NCBI GenBank assembly: GCA_051294375.1
Contig: CM119263.1
Coordinates: 3,858,940-3,922,939 of the forward strand
DNA length: 64,000 nucleotides
Reading direction: 5' to 3'
Source: Paraspadella gotoi
Taxonomy: Eukaryota > Animalia > Chaetognatha
The position numbers were made by a program, and so were the translations under genes. The notes beneath the pieces were generated by a model. It did not search any database, was not told the DNA's origin, and saw only the letters and a program-made list of their open reading frames with translations. This document shows, piece by piece, positions 1-11,995 of the stretch; position 1 is the first letter of the stretch; the number at the start of each line of letters is the position of its first letter.

Positions 1-188
1 ATTGTTATTGTTATTATCATTATTATTATTATTTGTTTGATCTTGCGCTGACAAGAACGAAATATTTCGGCCAATGTCAACAGCAAATGTCTATGTCTAT
101 GTCAATAATGACATAGACGACGACATCAACAACAACATCAATGAAAACAAGATAGGCAACAACAACAACAACATTAATCTCTCCTCAG

Positions 189-804
189 GCGAAAACGACT
201 ACTGTTGCTCCTTCTGCGACCAAAAGTTTCAACATCCGAACCCATTGAAGGCGCATCTTCTTTATCGCTGCAGCGGCGCCGGCCTTTTTCCGCCGGCGCC
301 GCAACCCGCCTCGCATCCGGCGCCGCATTCAGCGCCGCAGCCGGCCGATTTTCGCGCGGTGGCTTCCCTCGCGACTCCGGCCTCGACATCCGTCGGCCAC
401 AGGGTCCTTCAGCCCAAGCCCGTTCGGCTGCGGCCGGGGCAGGCGCGCCCTTCCGCCGATGGGATCGTCGACGTGCGTCCCTTCGCTCCTCCTCTTCCTC
501 CTCTTCCTCCCTTCCCCCTCGATTCTCCTCCTCTTCCTCTTCACCTTAACAACCCCTTTCGGCCTCCTCTTCCTCCTCCTTCCATCTTCTCTTACCCACC
601 TCATTTAATTCCTTACCTTCCCTACTTTTCCAGCCCCATGTTTCTCCGGTTTTTCGAGATGCAGGTGAGTTAATTATTCCAGTTATTATTAAAATTAATA
701 TAATTAGTATTTAATTGTTTATAATTAGTAATTAGTAGGAAACGCTACTATTATAATTAGTCTCCTAATAATTCATTAAATGTGTATCATATTATATGTA
801 TCTG

Positions 805-899
<95 letters not shown>

Positions 900-1192
900 C
901 ATTAAAATTAACAAAAATAGTACAATATATACACAATACAATATGAATAATAATAAAAATGATACAAACTTTAATACCAAAATAATAGTACTATTAAATA
1001 ATAAATTACAATTTAGGCAGCGGCGTCGGCAGCAGCTTCTGCGTCGGCAGCGTCGGCGCCGTCCGCAATGCAGGCAGAGTCGACAGCAAAAGCAGCGTCG
1101 GCAGCGACGGCAGCGTCGGCTGCGTCGAGTGAACTTAGTCCAAAAGAGGAAATCGAAACGTCGACTGGAACAAATTTTAACTTTAAAATAGG

Positions 1193-1283
<91 letters not shown>

Positions 1284-2327
1284 GATTGATTGATTGATTG
1301 ATTGATTGATAGATGGTTACTTATTTATAATTTACGTTAAAACTGTTAAATAACGTATAGACAGAATAATAAAAAAATGATAGGAAATTGTAATCGGGTA
1401 GTCAGATAATGGTAAAAACGAATATAGTTTTTTTCTCCTACCTTTCGCTTTATCTTTTGATTGTATACGATTTATATAAACTCTAAGATTAATTGAATTA
1501 TCCTGACAGATTTGATTTGTGTTAGAAGCTTTTTTTTTAAAATAAAAGATCGCTTTCTCATCTTTTATGAGAAGTTTTGTTTATGATTGAAGATGTGTTG
1601 TAAATATTTTTCTGTTCTTTATCAGAACAAATGTTTTTTAAATGATTGACCGACCAAATTGAATTTTAGAGTTCGGGTCTGCTACTTTAATTAAAATGTT
1701 CAAACTAGGCCATGGTTAATTGGACGGTGGGCCTTTAGACAACGTATTATGAAACTACTGTGTAGTCCTCGTTTGTTATTCAAAGTTTTCACACTATGAT
1801 GGCGTTTGGGAGATTTTACTTACCTAATCATGTTTTTTTTTCTTGTAGTGTCAAAGAAATGGACCTTAACGGCTCCAGTTGATAACTAATATCACGTAAT
1901 TTTTCAATTATAAAGTAATCGTTGAATAAATTAAACAATTCTTAGATTTCTTACACTCTTATTGATGTTCCAATAACCCAAAAAAATCATTATGATAATA
2001 AAATCGGACACTGCAATATGCAAATGAGAATAAATCTTGAGTGAATTTGATGATTAAAAAGTGGTTTTGCAATTGATTTCTGATATGTATTCGATTTGTT
2101 TGATTTGTAGGATCCCCCCAATCGATGCTACCTTCCCCAACTCGCCCGCCCTCCGGACACGCTCCTCCTCCTCCTCCTCCTCCTCCTCCTCCTCCTTCCA
2201 TGATGCTTTCCCACATCACAGAGTTTCCCGAGGATCCCGCCGCCTTCGAGAATTTGATATCGAATCTCCCGACGAACCTCAATTATGCAGGTGAGAGGAT
2301 GAGGGGGGGAAGGGGAGGAAAAAGGGG

Positions 2328-2358
<31 letters not shown>

Positions 2359-3373
2359 GAAAAGAAAAGAAAAGAAAAGAAAAGAAAAGAAAAGAAAAGA
2401 AAAGAAAAGAAAAGAAAACACAGATAATGAGGAGAATGCTATGCTATATGCTAGTATAATTTATCCCCTAAGGTCCGATGAGACGCAAAGGCGGTTCGGC
2501 GCCAAAACGACATCCCTGCGTTTATTGCGGAAAACTCTATTCACGAAAATACGGACTCAAAATTCACTTGAGAACTCACACGGTGGGTGAAATTTTTAGG
2601 AACAATGATATGCATCTTCCAATCGCATATTTTTTTCATTTGTTTATTTTTTGGTCAAACTCTCAATGCTCTGTACCTGCTGATGCTCCTGTTCTTTCTT
2701 TCCCAATATTTTTTTTTCCTCCTTTAACTGTTTCTCATTCTAGATCTACAAATGCTTGGTTTAAATGATAAAACCTTTTTTTTTTTTTACAAAAAAACTA
2801 TTTTTTATTAAGCTTAAATTTTTGAACCCGAAGACTGACAGCCCGAATAGCCTTTTGTTCAGTTACATAATTTTAATTTTTTATTTTGTGTGATAATCCT
2901 TTCTTTTTGGTTGTGATGGAGATTAGGAACAGAATTTGATAATTGGCCACAACAATTTGTTTCTGAATGAAACGTACATGTTTCGGCTCTAACTATACCG
3001 TATCTTTTGTTAATTACTGCAAATCTATAAACTTAGATTGAACATACTTACGTACCTACAATTGTACATAAATGAGAACATATCAAAGTCATCCGCGTGT
3101 TTTCATCTCTAGTCCAATCATAAGCGGCCAACCTTTCCCTTTCTCCAGGGCTACAAACCCCTCAAGTGCAAGGTGTGCCTCCGCCCATTCGGCGACCCAT
3201 CCAACCTCAACAAGCACGTCCGCCTCCACACCGAGGGCGACACTCCTTACAAGTGCCTCTACTGCGGAAAGGTTTTGGTCCGACGAAGGGATTTGGAACG
3301 GCACGTCAAGTCCAGACATCCCGAGACATTGGCCAGGGGCGGAGGAAGGAGCAGGACAGGGGTGGTGGAGTGA
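189..3373 (+). CDS. PRDM13: PRDM13-like C2H2 zinc-finger transcription factor, 3' exons (5' exons including the PR domain lie upstream of the window)
   Basis: Exons 189-664, 1017-1128 (or -1191; both phase 1), 2111-2290, 2473-2582, 3149-3373, all AG/GT with matching phases. First finger YCCSFCDQKFQHPNPLKAHLLYRC. Terminal triplet HPCVYCGKLYSRKYGLKIHLRTHT|GYKPLKCKVCLRPFGDPSNLNKHVRLHTEGDTPYKCLYCGKVLVRRRDLERHVKSRHP is the characteristic PRDM13 finger array. Confidence 0.92.
804..899. repeat. (ATT)n microsatellite in a PRDM13 intron
   Basis: Direct reading; it explains the poly-Ile ORFs on both strands. Confidence 0.95.
1195..1310. repeat. (ATTG)n microsatellite
   Basis: Direct reading; starts right at the candidate donor AG|gtttgattg (1192). 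Confidence 0.95.
2339..2418. repeat. (GAAAA)n microsatellite
   Basis: Direct reading. Confidence 0.95.
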
Positions 3374-3950
3374 AAAAGAGTGGAAGATATAAAGGGTATA
3401 GAAATTACATGACGGTATAGAAAAGAAATAGGAAAAAAGATGAGATGAACAAGGGAATGAGATAAGATGAGAAAGGGAAAGAGCTGAGATAAGAAAGGCA
3501 AAAAGAGAGGGATGTTACGAAGCAAACAATAATGTTCACCACGCCGTATTCTACAACGTTCTTTTTTCTGACTGTCTTCATCATTATTCTGTTAATTGGC
3601 TTGTTTTTGTAAAGAGTATGAATAAAAAATTAACGAAAGTTTGAACGAAACGCCGGCATGCTTTTTTTAGTCAGTTCTATCTGGAAGGAATTGCAGATAA
3701 AAACAAATTTAGAATATATATGAACTTATATGAACGGTAATATATTTATTACATTAATTAAAGAGTTGAACTTCATTCAACCTGTTCGGACTTTTTTTCA
3801 TTATCTCCATGCATATGCTTGACAAGAATAGTGAGGTTAACAGGTTAACGAACTTTGACTCAAAAAAGACACGGCTAAGAATCTCACCATATCTCACAAG
3901 AGTCATGAAGTATGATTTATTTAGAGATGGATTCTGCCATTCCATAAGTT

Positions 3951-4094
3951 CAACCCGCATGTAAGCATTACTCTTTCAGGTGTTACCCGGTGGCTCATTG
4001 AGCTCATGCCCAACCCAGTCGCTGCCATGCGGGAAGCGTGAACACGCCCGTAAAACGTCTTGGGGCCTGGAAAACCATCAAGCCTAGTTCCAAG
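3951..4094 (+). repeat. Dispersed structured repeat, copy 1 (SINE-like or ncRNA); homologous to 49066-49247
   Basis: Colinear blocks shared with the second copy: CCCGC, ACCCGG-TRGCTCATT, AGCTCATGCCCA, GCGGGAAGCGTGA, CCGTAAA, CTTGG-GGCCTG, TCAAGCCT-GTTCCAA. Confidence 0.75.
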
Positions 4095-5649
4095 CTCAGG
4101 ACCACACGAAAGAATATTTTTTAACGAACTTCTTAATTATGAGTTAAATATTTTATGAGAGAAGTTAAAACGACAAACTTAGTTTGAAGCAATTCATAAC
4201 ATAAAACGTTGGAGCTAACTTTTGTTTTTATTTTCTCCGAACTTCATCACAAAATTAGTCGCTCCCTCTCTATATTGTGATTAAAAATAGATTTTTAGCG
4301 CAGTTCAAAAGTTTGACTCTCACTGCAATTTAACTAAGACATTATGGCAGCAATAATGATAAAGTAGTAAGTTAACATTTTTTCCTTAACCTAGCAACCA
4401 TTTAAACAATTTCTCGTACAAGAGAATTTTTTTTAAAATAGAAACTCTGTAAGTCATTTGTTTCAGAAACAGTCCATTCATGAATCAACCAGACAGGCAG
4501 TCTTGTTCTGCTGAATGCATTTTTTTAGAGAAAACCTTCGTTAATACTCGTTTGACCAAAAGACTGTTTACTTTCGTCCGAATTTTCGCCAATAAACTTT
4601 GAACGGAAAACTGTATAACCTTGAACGGTGAGTGAACTTTGCCAAAAATCATTAATTTATGCAGTCTCATTATCATATTGCTCTTGGTCGTTTATCACAA
4701 GCTTAAATTATTAATATATTCGGGAGATCAGCTGTTTGAAAAACATTGAACACGAATCCTGGAATTTTAAAGAGAACTTTCTGAGATTAGTTATTAATGA
4801 AGGAAAGCCAAAAAATTCGAAATACTAAAAAATCAAAAATAACGTAAACATATTGTCACAAATTGTCACCACTCTTACAATATTTATGTTAGCAAATACG
4901 CTTTAAATAAGCAAGAAATGTGAGAGACAATAATATTTACAATTGGATTTTAATTCCAAACTTTCAACGCATGCAATCAAAAGATTGGCAAACTTGTTAG
5001 ATATTTGGGATAGATTATTTTGGTTGCCACCATTTACTCTTGAAAAAAGGTGAAAAAAAGTTGAAGATGCATTTAAGGGTATTTGTGGAGAATGTAAAAT
5101 CAACGAAAAATATCTCAAATATTCGTCGGAAATATTCCGACCTGACAAGTAATACCGAAAAAGTCCCACCGTAGTAAACGTAAACTAGATAATTTTTTAT
5201 TCGAAGCCTGGAAAACTCTAAAACGGTAGGACGGGATTGAACACAAATGGAGCTCAATTTAAAAAAAAAAAAATAAATAAATATTGTTAAAATTCTCATA
5301 TTTCCGAGTAAATCTGACCGAGGGCTATCGTGGTCATCGTCGTCTTCATCGTCATCGTCGTCGTCATCGTCGTCTTCATCGTCATCGTTGTTGTGGTCTT
5401 AGTCGTTGTTGTTTTCGTCGTCGTCGTCGTCGTCGTTCGTTCGTCTTTGTCGCTCGCTTCCGGAATGTAGTCGGTTCAACCGCCTTAGTTTTCTGTGGGA
5501 ATTGTTAGTGGCACTACAACTGAAAGGCAGCTGCGGCTATGGGCATCTTGAAGGCGGCCGCTGCGGGGCGGCCCTCCGGCAGGGCTGCCGCGGCGGCTCG
5601 GGCCTCTCAAACGCGGAGACACTGAGCATCAGTCCTAAGGTCGGTGCAA

Positions 5650-5797
5650 GAGAGAGAGAGAGGGATAGGGAGAGAGAGAGAAAGAGAGAGACGAGCGCCG
5701 AAGAGCGAGAGAGTGAGGAAGATGAGAGAGGGAGAGGAGAGAGAGAGAGAGATGATGAGAGATGAGAGGGACGACGGAGAAGGAGAGTGAGAAGGCA

Positions 5798-5830
<33 letters not shown>

Positions 5831-5844
5831 TGCAGAACAGAGAG

Positions 5845-5880
<36 letters not shown>

Positions 5881-6117
5881 AGAGAAATCTTGCTATCCTT
5901 CGCTATCCTTCGGTTGGCCGTTCGCGGAGAGAAGAAAGATGGGGAGTAGGCCTGACATCGACTTTCATATAAAATTTAAAAAAAGTTAAAATTTGCAATT
6001 AGTATTTTTCATTGTCCGTTAAAGAATTTTTACATCAATATCTTTAACGGGAAATGGACATTTATTTAATTTCTAGAAAAGTAATTTTTATAAAGTATAA
6101 TGAGTTTGTTTTTGATT

Positions 6118-6204
<87 letters not shown>

Positions 6205-6292
6205 GCTCTTCGTCCCCCTACTACCTCCAAGACCATGAAAATCCTTCTTTTCTGTTTTTTTCTCTGCACGCGCATAAAATTCCACCGCTCGA

Positions 6293-6370
<78 letters not shown>
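5650..6370. repeat. Imperfect (GA)n/(CT)n tracts upstream of the POU6 gene
   Basis: Direct reading: GA tract ~5650-5885, CT tract ~6120-6370. Confidence 0.9.
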
Positions 6371-6371
<1 letters not shown>

Positions 6372-6539
6372 ACACACAGCACGCGCGTGAATCCGCTCCG
6401 CCCACCCCACCTCCCCCCTTTTCTCCTAAATCCTTTTTTTCTCTCACGTGATTCAACGAAGAATCCGTCGTGAGTTGAATCCTCTGTTCACCACCGAAGG
6501 CAATTTCCCTTTCTCGTCGTCGTCGTCGTCGTTGTCGTT

Positions 6540-6571
<32 letters not shown>

Positions 6572-7205
6572 AGGCGTCGACCCTTTCCTCCGCTTCGGTT
6601 CTCTATCTTTGTTTTAAATTTTTTTTTTTCACTTTTCTGCAAAAAAGTGAATAATTTTCGTTTTGTGAAAGTCGACTTTTGAATCACGAACGCATTCACA
6701 GTTCTCAAACAACGAAGCTCACTATTGACCTTCGTGTGACGCCGTTACGGTCCGCGTCGGTATATTTTCGCGAATGAGAGACACGCCCATTTCCGCGTCA
6801 AATTCTAAACCGTTTAGAAAAAAACGAAACGAAACAATATACATACAAGAAAATCCCGAGAAAGATAAAAAGATTTAATATTTTTCTTTTTTTTCTACCT
6901 TCAATTTTACACTTTCATATTCACATTTACCTTTGATGTTTACACAAATCATCACTCAATAACAAAACCTATACTCCCTCTTACAGAATCGTTACCTTTT
7001 GTCGACGTCGACCACAAATTGTTAAATCAAATTCTGCCACGCCCATCCTGACGTCGTATCCCTTAGTTCTGAGAGACCCAAACCCCTGACACTTAAAACT
7101 CACCCCCGGCGCCAACAGCGGCGCCCAAACCCTTTCCAACCGACGCCGCCTCGCCCGGCGCTCCTCGCGGGCGACGGCGCCCTCGCTCGGGACGCGTCAT
7201 GAGCG

Positions 7206-10200
7206 ATGGAGGCGCCGGCAGCGCCGCGGGCGAATGAAGGACGGCGCCCCAGCGACGCCGGTCAAGAAGGCGCCTTGAATCACGCCTCACTTCTCAAGCA
7301 GGTGAGGATTGGGATTAGAGAAAGGGAGAGGGGAGAGGGTCAGTTATAGAAGAGAAAAAAATCAATGAATGCGGCGGCAACTTGGTGAGATATAGTTTAT
7401 TAGTGCTTAATATTTGACGAGTGAGTTTGTTCATAGACTCACCAGTCACCACTTGCTGACCTCGGTGAAAAGCAAATTAGGACTAACATGAGGCAGAAAT
7501 ATTCTACAATGCAGGCGTAGTAGTAAATTGCAAAAAAGTAAATAAATAAAAATATGTATAAATATTAAATGAATTCTACTCGAGGCGAAGCTGATGTCAA
7601 TTAGTTTGGGATGATTTAAGTAGGAAATGAAAACTTTCAACCTTGATTTGGATTAGTGATGCTAAGCTATCATCCTTACTACTTTCTCAGTTAAGGTCAA
7701 TGAACCTGAGAGAAAAAATGTTCTGTTCAGAAAATGTCGGAAAAAAAATGGTGAAATATTTATTTATTCAAAATATGTAAACATTTGGACATTAAAAATG
7801 TGAAAAGCAACAAAACTTTATGGGGTGGTTGCCATATTAGTTTTCAAGGTGTTGTCTTTATCGTTACCGCCATTAGGTGCACCTTTTTTTACGTTTATTT
7901 TTTATTCCACAATCGATTCAACAAACAATTTTTACATCGATTTTTATTTAATTTACTAAGAATTCAGCGCCTTACTTCTAGTCCGTTTACCACACCAAAT
8001 TATTTTATACATTGTGAAATTTAACCTAAGATTTTACATCCAATTAGCTTCGTTTTCATCCTATTATTTTACCTAATTTCCTAACAACAAATAAGCTAAC
8101 GATTTCTCCCGCCCTCCACCCAATTAGCTAACTATTTCTCCCACCTTCCAACCAATCAGATAACGATTTCTTCCCCCCTCCAACCAAGCAGCACACAGAT
8201 TATCTTTATTTTCTAGCTAATCAACTAGCAAGTTACCAACCAACCAATAAACAAACAGTTACTCACCCCCAAATTAACCAACGATTTACCCCTATCCCCC
8301 AACCAATCAGCTAACCGTTACTCTCCAACCAATTAGCTAATTTTTACCCTCCAACCAATCAGCAAACTATTCCCCTTACCCTCCAACCAATCAGCAAACG
8401 ATTTTCCTAACCCTCCAACCAATCAGGACCCGATGATTTCCGGTCAAGATTCCGAGGGTGGCGCCGGCCTCTCTGCCTTCGGCGCCAACACAATCGCTTC
8501 CATTCAAGATCAACTCATGGCAGCCGTCGGCTCGTTGCAAGGTAAGTAATTAAAGAGTAAGTTATTAAATCTATAATATAAATATATAATAAATATATCC
8601 ATTCTTTTAATAAACAAGCTTTAACTCCTGACTATCTTTTGAAATCGGTCTAATATACATAATAATTTCATATCAACTCAGGCGGCGCTTCCTACGCTTC
8701 CATCAACAACCTGTTAGGGTCGAACCCGGCGCTTTTTTCGACGGCGCGATCGCAGTCCGGCGTCTCAAGTCAGGTCGACACCCCCCTGAGCCTCCAATCA
8801 CCCGGCGCCGCTCAGCAGACGGCGCCACAAAATCTTCTCGTCTCCAACGGACAAAGTGAGGATAGCCGGGAATTCGGGTTGGGGGCTTTGATTACGATTA
8901 GGGCTTTGCATATGATTAGCCTCTATGACGATTAGGGCTTTGATTACGATTAGGGCTTTGATTAAGATTAGGGCTCTATTACGATTTAGTGCTTTGATAC
9001 GATTAGGGCTTTGATAACGATTAGGGCTTTGATTACGATTAGGGCTTTGATTATGAATTAGGCCTCTATGACGATTAGGGCTTTGATTACGATTAGGGCT
9101 TTGATTACGATTAGGGCTCTGATTACGATTAGGGCTTTTTGATTACGATTTAGCGGCTATTTGATAACGATTAGGGCTTTGATTACGATTAGGGCTTTGA
9201 TTGGGGTAAGGATTGTGACTTTTATTGTGGCTCTGAATCGGGGTTTTTGTTTCGATTTTGATATTGAGGCTTTGATTCCGGATTAGATTGGGTCTTTGAT
9301 GGGTCTTTGACTAGGGCTATGATTGGGGCTCCGATTAGGGCTGTGATAAGTCTTTCATTGGAGGTTTGATTCGAGCTTCTAGGGGCGCTATGATTGGGAC
9401 TCTGATTTTGGTTTTCATTGGTGTTTTGATTGGGGCCCTAATTTGAAGTTTGATTGGGACTTTGGTTGGGGCTTTGATTGGGCTTTGGTTTGTGGCTTGG
9501 ATTAGTGATTGCATTGGTCGATTTTGGAGTTAGTATTGCGGTTGGGATTGGGAATTTGATTATCTAGAAATGTGGCGAAAAGGATAGAATAATTAAAGAA
9601 TAAAAATGAACGTGAATGAATGAAATTTCATCATCGTAAATTCCGATTGCAGATGGAAGCGCTCTTCAGCAATTCGTCATTCCATCGTCGACGTCGAATC
9701 AGCAATTTCAGCAACAGATACAGCAGCAACAGCAACAGTTACAACAACAACTGCAACAGGCTGCCGATCAGCAGCAGCAACAGCAGCAACAACAGCAACA
9801 ACAACAACAGCAGGAACAACAACAACAACAACAACAAGAGGCTCAACAAGAGGAGCAACAGCAGCAAAGTTCGTCGCAACAGCAGCAGCATCAGCAGCAG
9901 CAACAGCAAATCATAACGATTCCGGTGTCGATGGCTGCTGCGGCGGCGGGGAATCAGCAAGTGCAGCTAATCACCTCATCGGGTCAAATAATCACTACGA
10001 CTTTGGCCGGACTGCAGAATTTGGCTGCAGGTGCAGGAGGTCAACCCATCAGTCTCTCCATCTCTGGATCGGGTGAGAAGGAATAAAAGAAATAGAAATA
10101 TGTATGAAATATGTTAAGTGGTGTTGAATAGCGTGAAATGATATAAAAAGCTGCAAAAGGGTAAATTATAAGTTAAAGGTTTTGAAATAATATTTTGTAA

Positions 10201-10395
10201 AATTTTGTGAAATGATTTGAAAAGATTTAGAATAGTGCGAAATTACGTTCAACTATCCGAAAATAAGAAATAAAATTTAAATGTAAGATAATGTACAATG
10301 ATGTAAAATAAATGAAGTTTTAGATTGAATTTTCAAATTTCATCAATGTAGTTGAATCTTTCTTTGTCTTCCTTTTTGCAAATTTCATCCGGAAT

Positions 10396-10434
<39 letters not shown>

Positions 10435-10453
10435 GTCTCTCTCTCTCTCTCTC

Positions 10454-10486
<33 letters not shown>

Positions 10487-11658
10487 GTCACTCTTTTTTC
10501 ATGGCTCAAAACGAATTTAAAATGCATACAAAATCAAAAAAAAAAAAAAAAAATAACCATAAAAATTTGATGAAAAAAAAGCTTTGTCCTCTCATCAAAT
10601 CGGCCGCGCGTTGATCAAGTCTTCGATGCAGCAACCCACTCAGCAGCAACAACAACAGCAACACGACCAACAAAACCTGCAGCAGCACGAAGAGAAGAAA
10701 TTGACGCTGCATCAATCTCCCGTTCAATCCAGCGCCCTCTCTCTCCATCAACAGCAGTTGCCTTTGCAACAACAGCAAACGCTCCAGCAACCGCAGCCGT
10801 CTCAACAACCCCAGCAACCGACGACGAGTCTTTCCGCCGTCGACCCGTCGCATCAACCTCAACAACAACATCATATCTCATTCTCCCAGCAGCCTCAACA
10901 GCCACAGCAACCGCCGAGCCGCGATCGGGAGCTGCTTCCTCCTGAGCCGTCGTCGTCGTCGTCTTCCAAGGAAACTCCCGTCCACTCGTTCGGCGGCGGC
11001 ATCGTCGACCCCGCGCTCATCGCCGCGCCGGTCGACGAAGTCTTCGGCGTCCTTTCCTCCAAACGCGGCGCCTCTCTGCCGCTGCAGCTGACGCATCAGC
11101 AACAGCAGCAGCCCGACGTTCCGTCTTCCTCGTCCGCGGCAGCCGCCGCCGCCGCAGCCGCCGCCGCCGCCGCAGCCATGCTGCAAGTCTCCAAGAACGA
11201 GGAGGCGATTCGGCGGAAGGCGGAAGAGTGCGAAAAGATACAGGATATCCTGGTGGAGATTCAGAAACAGTTCGACAAAAAGAACGAGCAGCTTCACCGA
11301 CTCAAATTGGAGATCGAATTGATTTCTGCGGAAAAGAATAAGAAAGAAACTGAACTAAACGCGGCGAGGCTCAGTCTCTGGGCAGCAATGTCGGGAAGGG
11401 ATTCAGCAGCGGCAGCGCAGCAACAACAACAACAACAGCAGATGCAGCTGTCGCCCGTCGGATCCGCGTTGGTTCCGTACTCGGGGTCCACGTCGACGTC
11501 GTCCTCAGCTGCTTCAGTTGCGGCGGCGGCGCAGAAGCGGCTCAAGCGCGGCGCGCAGCTTTTGTCGCACGGAGAGAGAGGCGGCGGCGGCGGCGGCGAG
11601 GAGCAGGGGAATCTGCACAGCGAGATCGGGGACGACGATGGGGGAACGTTGAGTCAGG

Positions 11659-11701
<43 letters not shown>

Positions 11702-11705
11702 AGAG

Positions 11706-11742
<37 letters not shown>

Positions 11743-11785
11743 TAGAGTGAGAAGAGAAAGAGAGGAGAGAGAGAGAGAGAGAAGA

Positions 11786-11833
<48 letters not shown>

Positions 11834-11952
11834 ACGAAGAGAGGAAGATAGAGAGAGAGAGAGAGAGATAGAGAGATAGAGGTGAGAGGAGAGAGAGAGA
11901 GAGAGAGAGAGAGAAACGAGAAAGAGAAAGAGAGAAGATGGATGAGAGAAAT

Positions 11953-11995
<43 letters not shown>

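Noticed and set aside
792-1016. Poly-Ile ORFs on both strands
   Set aside because: Translation of an intronic (ATT)n microsatellite.
5650-6473. ER/SL-repeat ORFs (also ~11660-12180, 46719-47900, 51000-51440, 52547-52880)
   Set aside because: (GA)n/(CT)n tracts have no stop codons; there is no other coding evidence outside the exons called.
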